Assembly: GCA_965215195.1 (NCBI GenBank)
Contig: CBDCDC010000002.1
Coordinates: 2,016,001 to 2,080,000, forward strand
Direction of reading: 5' to 3'
Origin: Candidatus Latescibacterota bacterium
Lineage (GTDB): Bacteria > Latescibacterota > UBA2968 > UBA8231
Length of the DNA: 64,000 bases
Shown one piece after another: positions 58,625 through 64,000 of the stretch. The notes below the pieces were generated by a model. That model did not search any database, was not told the DNA's origin, and saw only the letters and a program-made list of their open reading frames with translations. A program made the translations under genes and the position numbers. Position 1 is the stretch's first letter, and each line of letters opens with the position of its first letter.

Positions 58625-59956
58625 CTACGCGCCAATGCGCTCCAAAGCCACGGCCGCGTTGGCACGGGCGTAGCGGTCCTCGTCGTCGATGTTTTTGCGC
58701 AGTGCGGGCACAGCCTCGGCAGCGGCCGGACCGATCTTGGCCAGCGAGAGTGCGGCGTTGTGGCGGATCCAGCTCTCGCAATCTCGCAGACGACGGCTCA
58801 GTGCGGGCACGGCTTCGGCAGCGGCCGGACCGATATTGCCCAGTGCTTCAACCGCGTTGCGCCGCACCCACTCGGCCTCGTCGTCGAGGGCGCAGGTGAG
58901 ATGAGGCACAGTGTCGCTGGCCGCGGTACCCAAGTCGCCGAGCACATCGGCGGCCGCGGCGCGGACCCACCAGTCGTTTTCGTCGAGCAGTTCCACCATG
59001 TGGGGCACAGCCGGGCGGCCGATAGCGGAAAGGGCGAAGACCGCGTCGAGCTGGCTGGGGTTGGTGTGTTCGTTGGCTAGGTTGGCTTCGAGACGCGCAG
59101 CGGCCTCGCTGCACAGCGCGTTCAAGAGGACGGGCATTGCTTCCTCGCCGCGAGCGGCCAAAGCATATACGGCGCGCAGCCGCTCGGCTTCGGCTTCGGC
59201 GTCTAGGGCCTGACGCAACGACTCGAGCGAAACCGCCGTTGGGGCTGCGGTGGCATCGGTGCCGCGCATCCAGTCGTAGACGCGGCCGCACAGGTCGGCG
59301 GGCGGGTCGGTGCCTTCAGATCGCCAGGTGCCGTCGCGCTGGTCCCACGAGGGGCCCCGCGGCTCGCCCATGCGGGTGAAGAGAAACTTGACCATGAAGC
59401 GGTCGCGGTCGCTGGCGTTGGGCATGGCCCGGTGCCAGAGGTCGTAGTGGACGATGGTCGCCGTTCCGGCCCGGCCGCAGAGGGGCTGTTCTTCCCGCTC
59501 GTAGGCTTGTTTAGACGAATTGTAGTACTGGGTGGCCGGCAAAATCGCGGTCGGTCCCATGTCCAAACTGACGTCCTGCGGATAGTAGAAGGCCATGGTC
59601 CAGCGAGTGCGGTGGTGGCGGACGTTCTGGTCGTTTTCATAGCTGTCTTGGTGCATACCTTGGCCTTTGGACCCGCTGGGATTGTGGTGGCAGTGGCGGT
59701 GTGGGTGGATGAGGTAGGAGGGGCCGAGGAGGCTCTGGAGAGCACCGTCAACAGCGGGATCGCGGAGGATTTGGTATAGGTCCGGGATCTTGGGGAGGAT
59801 GTCGTTGCCGGGATTGCCTTCGGTGGCGAAGAGGGTTTCGATTTGACGGTGGATACTTTGGTGGAGCGCAGGCGGGGGAGCGGTTTGCACGGTGATATAG
59901 CCATTGGTCAGGTAGGCTTGGACTTGGGCGTCGGTTAGGAGGATAGGTGCGGGCAT
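58625..59956 (-). CDS. PhyH-family dioxygenase fused to HEAT repeats
   Basis: MHQD, YDLWH; C-terminal WVRRNAVEALGNIG-type repeats. Confidence 0.85.
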   Translation of the reverse strand: MPAPILLTDAQVQAYLTNGYITVQTAPPPALHQSIHRQIETLFATEGNPGNDILPKIPDLYQILRDPAVDGALQSLLGPSYLIHPHRHCHHNPSGSKGQGMHQDSYENDQNVRHHRTRWTMAFYYPQDVSLDMGPTAILPATQYYNSSKQAYEREEQPLCGRAGTATIVHYDLWHRAMPNASDRDRFMVKFLFTRMGEPRGPSWDQRDGTWRSEGTDPPADLCGRVYDWMRGTDATAAPTAVSLESLRQALDAEAEAERLRAVYALAARGEEAMPVLLNALCSEAAARLEANLANEHTNPSQLDAVFALSAIGRPAVPHMVELLDENDWWVRAAAADVLGDLGTAASDTVPHLTCALDDEAEWVRRNAVEALGNIGPAAAEAVPALSRRLRDCESWIRHNAALSLAKIGPAAAEAVPALRKNIDDEDRYARANAAVALERIGA

Positions 59957-60117
59957 GAGGCTGGCCTTTTTGCTGTAGAGAAGGATAAATGCGCTGGGAA
60001 AAAATAACGATAATTGGCCATGCAGATTGCAAGCGACGCTGGCACAAACAGCTTTCGTGCTTGACGCCGGTTAAGTAGATTCGAGGCGACAGAACTCGCT
60101 CTATAAAGGAACAAAAA

Positions 60118-60795
60118 ATGGTAGACTACCTATACATCGGGCATGGTGTTTATAGCGTGGCGGAAGCGGCCCGGCTGACGGGTGTTCCCGCCAGCACCAT
60201 TCGGCGTTGGACGCGAGGTTATAGCTACACCCGGAATGGATTTCGCTATGAGCTGCCGCCCGTGTTTGCTTCAACAGAGGGGGGGGAAAGCCCTATCTTG
60301 CGCTTTGTCGATCTTATCGAAGTCCGAGCCTTACGGGGTTTTCGCGAGAAGGGGGTACCGTGGCCGACCTTGCGCATTGCCGCGTACAAAGCAGCCCAAA
60401 TCACGGGCCATTCGCATCCCTTTTCGCAGCGCAGCTTTCGCACAGATGGCCGCCGCATTCTCCAGCAAGTGGAAGAGGAAGCACTGCACGACATCGTCAC
60501 CAATGAGCAGTACTTTGAGCACTTTGTCAGGACTTTTTTGCCCGATAACGAGCTAGATTTTTCGGAAACAGGTGCCCCGGTGCGTTGGCATCCTATGGGC
60601 CGGGATAGCACGGTCATCATCGAGCCTGCTCGTAGTTTCGGAGCACCGATATGCAGTCCCAGCGGTGTCCGCACCCGTCTACTGAACCGCACCTATCTGG
60701 CCGAGCAAGACATGCACCGGGTCGCTTGGTGGTACGATACCACTACTAAGGAAGTGTGCGATGCTATCGCATACGAGGCACAATTAGCGGCGTGA
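60118..60795 (+). CDS. HTH + DUF433 antitoxin (VapB45-like)
   Basis: YSVAEAARLTGVPASTIRRW, FVDLIE, IEPARSFGAP, EVCDAIAYE. Confidence 0.82.
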   Translation: MVDYLYIGHGVYSVAEAARLTGVPASTIRRWTRGYSYTRNGFRYELPPVFASTEGGESPILRFVDLIEVRALRGFREKGVPWPTLRIAAYKAAQITGHSHPFSQRSFRTDGRRILQQVEEEALHDIVTNEQYFEHFVRTFLPDNELDFSETGAPVRWHPMGRDSTVIIEPARSFGAPICSPSGVRTRLLNRTYLAEQDMHRVAWWYDTTTKEVCDAIAYEAQLAA

Positions 60796-61046
60796 GATTT
60801 TTTCTCGACAACAACATCTCTCATCGTCTAGCTGCGGCGTTGCTTGCCCTAGATGACCGTGTAGAACGAGAGGAATGGGCGATAGAACATCTTAGAGACC
60901 GCTTTGCGCCGCAGACGGAGGATGTCACTTGGCTTGAAGCACTAGGCCGTGAGGGGGAGTGGATCGTGATCTCGGGCGATATTCGGATTTCTCGCAATCG
61001 GGCCGAAAGGGCTGCTTGGCGCGAGTCGGGCTTGACGGCCTTTTTT
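60792..61046 (+). pseudogene. VapC45-like PIN toxin, 3'-truncated (reads on into foreign sequence to 61217)
   Basis: GTGA-coupled RFFLDNN, EDVTWL, VISGDIRI, ERAAW..SGLTAFF, then similarity is lost. Confidence 0.65.
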
Positions 61047-61144
61047 AATGAGATAGGCAGTGCTGCAAACTTCGGTGCGGTGGCCGTCGATGGTGAGGAT
61101 TTCTTTGGCCCGCCAGCACATGTATTGCTCGGGAGTGATCTAGC

Positions 61145-61879
61145 TCATCGATTGTTCCCTCGGTTTTTGAGAATAGGTCGGGTGAGATCGGAGAGGCGCA
61201 ATCGCTGCTTACCTTGATCGTCAAAATTGTCTGGGGCTAACCACGTCAGGAAGGCTTGCTCCAAGTCCGGCCATTCCGAATCAATGGCTGCGTACCACGC
61301 AGTGTCCCGATTGCGTCCGTTATAGACCGTTGCTTGGCGAAAAATCCCCTCAAACGACAATCCCAGCCGTTGGGCGGCCATCCGCGATGCTTGGTTCAGG
61401 CTGTCGCACTTCCACGAATAGCGTCGATAGCCCAATGCGAATGCCTTCTTCATCATGAGGTACATGGCTTCGGTGGCCAATGGCGTGCGCTGTAGCTGCG
61501 GGGAATAGTGGATGTGCCCCACCTCAATAGCACCGCTTGCCGGTGCGATGTTGAGATAGCTCGCGACACCGCACACTGCCCCAACACGCTCGTCCACGAT
61601 GGCAAAGAACAATGGATCGTCCCCTAGGCACATTTCGGTCATCCAGTCCCGGTAGCTGTCTTTGTCGGAGAATGGACCGTATGCCAAGTAGGTCCAACTC
61701 TGGCCCTCTGTATCAAAGGCGTTGGCCTGATACAGGTCGTCGAGATGGCTATCGACGTGCAGTGGTTCCAACCGACAGAAGCGACCTGCTATGCATTCTC
61801 TCGGCGGATTGGGTGGTGGCGTCCAATCCGGCAGTGCGAAGCTGATCGGCTGCCCAAGGCTATTGGTGCGTTCGCTCAT
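61145..61879 (-). CDS. GNAT acetyltransferase, RimJ/RimL-like
   Basis: IEVGHI, LGYRRYSWKCDSLN, GRNRDTAWY. Confidence 0.9.
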   Translation of the reverse strand: MSERTNSLGQPISFALPDWTPPPNPPRECIAGRFCRLEPLHVDSHLDDLYQANAFDTEGQSWTYLAYGPFSDKDSYRDWMTEMCLGDDPLFFAIVDERVGAVCGVASYLNIAPASGAIEVGHIHYSPQLQRTPLATEAMYLMMKKAFALGYRRYSWKCDSLNQASRMAAQRLGLSFEGIFRQATVYNGRNRDTAWYAAIDSEWPDLEQAFLTWLAPDNFDDQGKQRLRLSDLTRPILKNRGNNR

Positions 61880-61952
61880 ATCAGTAGAGAAAGGGTCAAG
61901 TGGCGTTGGCCGCAGCGCAAACAAGCTGTATTGCAGAAAGCAGCTACGCTGG

Positions 61953-62555
61953 CTAAGTAAGCTCAAGCGTTTCGGCCCGCCATCTTCCTAAAGAGAAATC
62001 CCAACCCAACGACTGGCAAGTATCCCTCCACATCGCTCTCATGCCGTCGCTGTTGACAACCGGCACGTAACCAGCCTTCAAGTACGTCTTGATAGCTGCC
62101 AAGCGATAATATTCGGTATGCAGTTGTATTTTTGAGTATCCCGCCGCCAAGAACCTGTTTGTTGCGAATGCCGTGATCTGGAGACCAAGCCCTTTCCCTC
62201 TGTGATCCGGATCGCATGCAAGCCAGCCGACATCGCCGGTGAATGGGGCATCACCCAAATAATTGTGTAGGCACATCACCGTTGCGACCGGGAGTTGGCT
62301 GCAAGTGCAATAGATAAAGAACCATCCCTCCGGAATGATCCGGTTCAGAGTGTACGCGAACTTGCCTTCGTCCCATGAATCGAACTCGCCGAACTTCATC
62401 AGCTCAAAGAATCGGAACTCATCCCTAGGCCGATACGTGCGGATGGAATACCCGTCTGCTAGCGTCTCGGGCAAGTGATCGCGGAGACGAGAACGCGGCC
62501 ACCGCATAGTTAGCTGAGGCTTCTCCGGGAATGTGCGTCCCTCAAAGGTAGCCAT
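61953..62555 (-). CDS. GNAT acetyltransferase
   Basis: LACDPDHRGKGLG, AAIKTYLKAGY. Confidence 0.82.
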   Translation of the reverse strand: MATFEGRTFPEKPQLTMRWPRSRLRDHLPETLADGYSIRTYRPRDEFRFFELMKFGEFDSWDEGKFAYTLNRIIPEGWFFIYCTCSQLPVATVMCLHNYLGDAPFTGDVGWLACDPDHRGKGLGLQITAFATNRFLAAGYSKIQLHTEYYRLAAIKTYLKAGYVPVVNSDGMRAMWRDTCQSLGWDFSLGRWRAETLELT

Positions 62556-62634
62556 CTGGATTATCTCTTTTTCCTGTAACTGCTTGTACCCGAACAATTG
62601 GTTCGGGTAGGTCAAGAGATAGTCTTGAGGTAGC

Positions 62635-63288
62635 TCAGACTACCGCATCGACAGACCCCGCCCGAGGTGCCAGTCCGTTCCAGCCATCGGCCACGGCGCT
62701 CGTCTGCTTGAAGAGCTGCAAAAGCGGTTCCCACATGGCCTCGCGTACGCGGCTGGCCGCTTCCACATCGCCGGCCATTAGGGCCTGCTTGAGCGCCCGG
62801 CCCCGCTCCTCTTGAATTTGTGCGCTCTCTTGTGCTTGAGCCGCTAGGGTGCGCACTGCATCAATGTGGCCGTCGATCAACTCGGCCACCGGCGTGGTCG
62901 AATCCGTCTCGGTATCGTAGTCGCTCGACGGCCTGAAGTGAGGCCGCTGACGCTCGCCCTTTTCGTCGTAGAACGTATGCGTCGGCTGGATGTGCGGCGT
63001 CACCGACAAGTACATATAGACTGGCTCGTCGCCGATGACTCGCACCGAGTGCGGCTCATCGGTTAGGGCGTAGCACATTTGCCCCGGTCCAACTTCTTTC
63101 ACCTCGCCGTTGATTTTGAACTCCACCCGACCCGACAAAATGATAAAGATCTCGTCGCCCAGATCGTGCGTGTGCCAAGCGTCGAGCGAGCCCGAGCCCG
63201 GCTCTAGGCGGCAGAAGCGAGCGCGGATCTGCGGCCTCACCAGAATATTGCGAATATCCCGACGACAGTCGTACACCTCAAATTCCAT
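62635..63288 (-). CDS. Cupin-domain protein
   Basis: WHTHDLGDEIFIILSG, DEPH; AGGAGG RBS. Confidence 0.82.
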   Translation of the reverse strand: MEFEVYDCRRDIRNILVRPQIRARFCRLEPGSGSLDAWHTHDLGDEIFIILSGRVEFKINGEVKEVGPGQMCYALTDEPHSVRVIGDEPVYMYLSVTPHIQPTHTFYDEKGERQRPHFRPSSDYDTETDSTTPVAELIDGHIDAVRTLAAQAQESAQIQEERGRALKQALMAGDVEAASRVREAMWEPLLQLFKQTSAVADGWNGLAPRAGSVDAVV

Positions 63289-63320
63289 GTTCTCCTCCTT
63301 GAAAGGCAAGGACCGATTCA

Positions 63321-63425
63321 CTACCCTGTGCTGGCATTGAGCTTCGACATCGCAATCAAGTCGAGGACGTGATCGTGGGGCAGAAGCGGAAAAGTGAAGT
63401 CGGCACAGGCCAATTTGAGTCTCAT
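63321..63425 (-). pseudogene. N-terminal remnant of a sugar-phosphate isomerase/epimerase-like gene
   Basis: AGGAGG RBS, then MRLKLACADFTFPLLPHDHVLDLIAM, stopping after 34 codons. Confidence 0.5.
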
Positions 63426-63473
63426 AATGCTTCCTCCTGCGCAAGATGTGTGGTGGAGAAAAGGTGAGTTCTA

Positions 63474-63585
63474 AGAAACCGTCGGGCTGCTTCGGCGTCC
63501 GGCGTTTTTCGCGGGCGAGACGCCCTCAATCCCAGCGGCTCGGAGTCAAGGCCGAGAGCGAAACCTTCGTTTTCAGATGGCTTCT
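63474..63585 (-). mobile_element. Divergent family-A MITE-like element
   Basis: Reverse strand AGAAGCCATCTGAAAA...GAGGGCGTCTCGCCC...GACGGTTTCT. Confidence 0.6.
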
Positions 63586-64000
63586 AAAGCTCTCTTACCT
63601 CAATCAGTGAGTTGATTGCAATGGGGCCAGAGACAATCTGTTCCCTCCCCGAGGGCCAGCGCACGGCGATCTGATCGACCACTTCGGCATTGCCCAGCCC
63701 AAAGTAGAGTGGATAGAGACTTTGGGAAAGGTAGCCCGACTGTCCATCGTAGACTTTGGTATAAGTCTGGGTGCCAACTCGAACCTTCACCGTGGCACCC
63801 AGCCCGCTGCGGTTCGACGCTGTGCCGATTAGCTCAACCTTGAGAAAAGACAGGTTCTGCTTTTTAGCACTCAGATTGCTGATCAGCACAGTAGGCGCGG
63901 AATTAAAATCGTTGGTGACGATATCCAAGTCGCCGTCGTTGTCCAAGTCGAAGATCGCCGAAGAACGGCTTCCCAATGCGCCCCAAACCACAACAGCGCC
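63584..64000 (-). CDS. CRTAC1/ASPIC-UnbV (FG-GAP) protein, C-terminal part
   Basis: DLDNDGDLDI, SNRSGLGATV, SGYLSQS..LYFGLG, VRWPSG. Confidence 0.88.
   Translation of the reverse strand, partial: GAVVVWGALGSRSSAIFDLDNDGDLDIVTNDFNSAPTVLISNLSAKKQNLSFLKVELIGTASNRSGLGATVKVRVGTQTYTKVYDGQSGYLSQSLYPLYFGLGNAEVVDQIAVRWPSGREQIVSGPIAINSLIEVREL

Noticed and set aside
1-64000. tRNA, rRNA, riboswitch or prophage genes
   Set aside because: None recognised by eye; a covariance-model search (tRNAscan-SE/Infernal) would be needed to exclude small RNAs.

Overview
GC-rich bacterial chromosomal window. The many phytanoyl-CoA-dioxygenase (PhyH) paralogues, sugar-acid catabolic enzymes, a SusC/SusD pair and LRR/ASPIC-type remnants suggest an FCB-group (Latescibacterota/Gemmatimonadota-like), possibly host-associated organism; this is inference only. 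The backbone is interrupted by several lower-GC accessory islands. (1) A type I RM locus (hsdM..hsdS..hsdR) carries a five-gene cassette between hsdM and hsdS: unknown helical protein, ThsB-like TIR, Nmad2, MazG+MazG_C and a UDG-like glycosylase. This is the best candidate for an uncharacterised nucleotide-centred anti-phage system. (2) IS630 lies next to a Phd-like gene, an m4C methyltransferase and a truncated nuclease-like ORF. (3) A surface-glycosylation cassette. (4) A stand-alone Fic gene. (5) An Eleos/LeoBC-LeoA-like dynamin pair. The non-coding DNA holds two MITE-like families and a set of 24-27 bp micro-insertions that all end in GACA, one of them apparently in frame inside a gene. 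No rRNA, tRNA or true CRISPR array was seen. Family calls come from motif recognition, not database searches, and GC comparisons are by eye.
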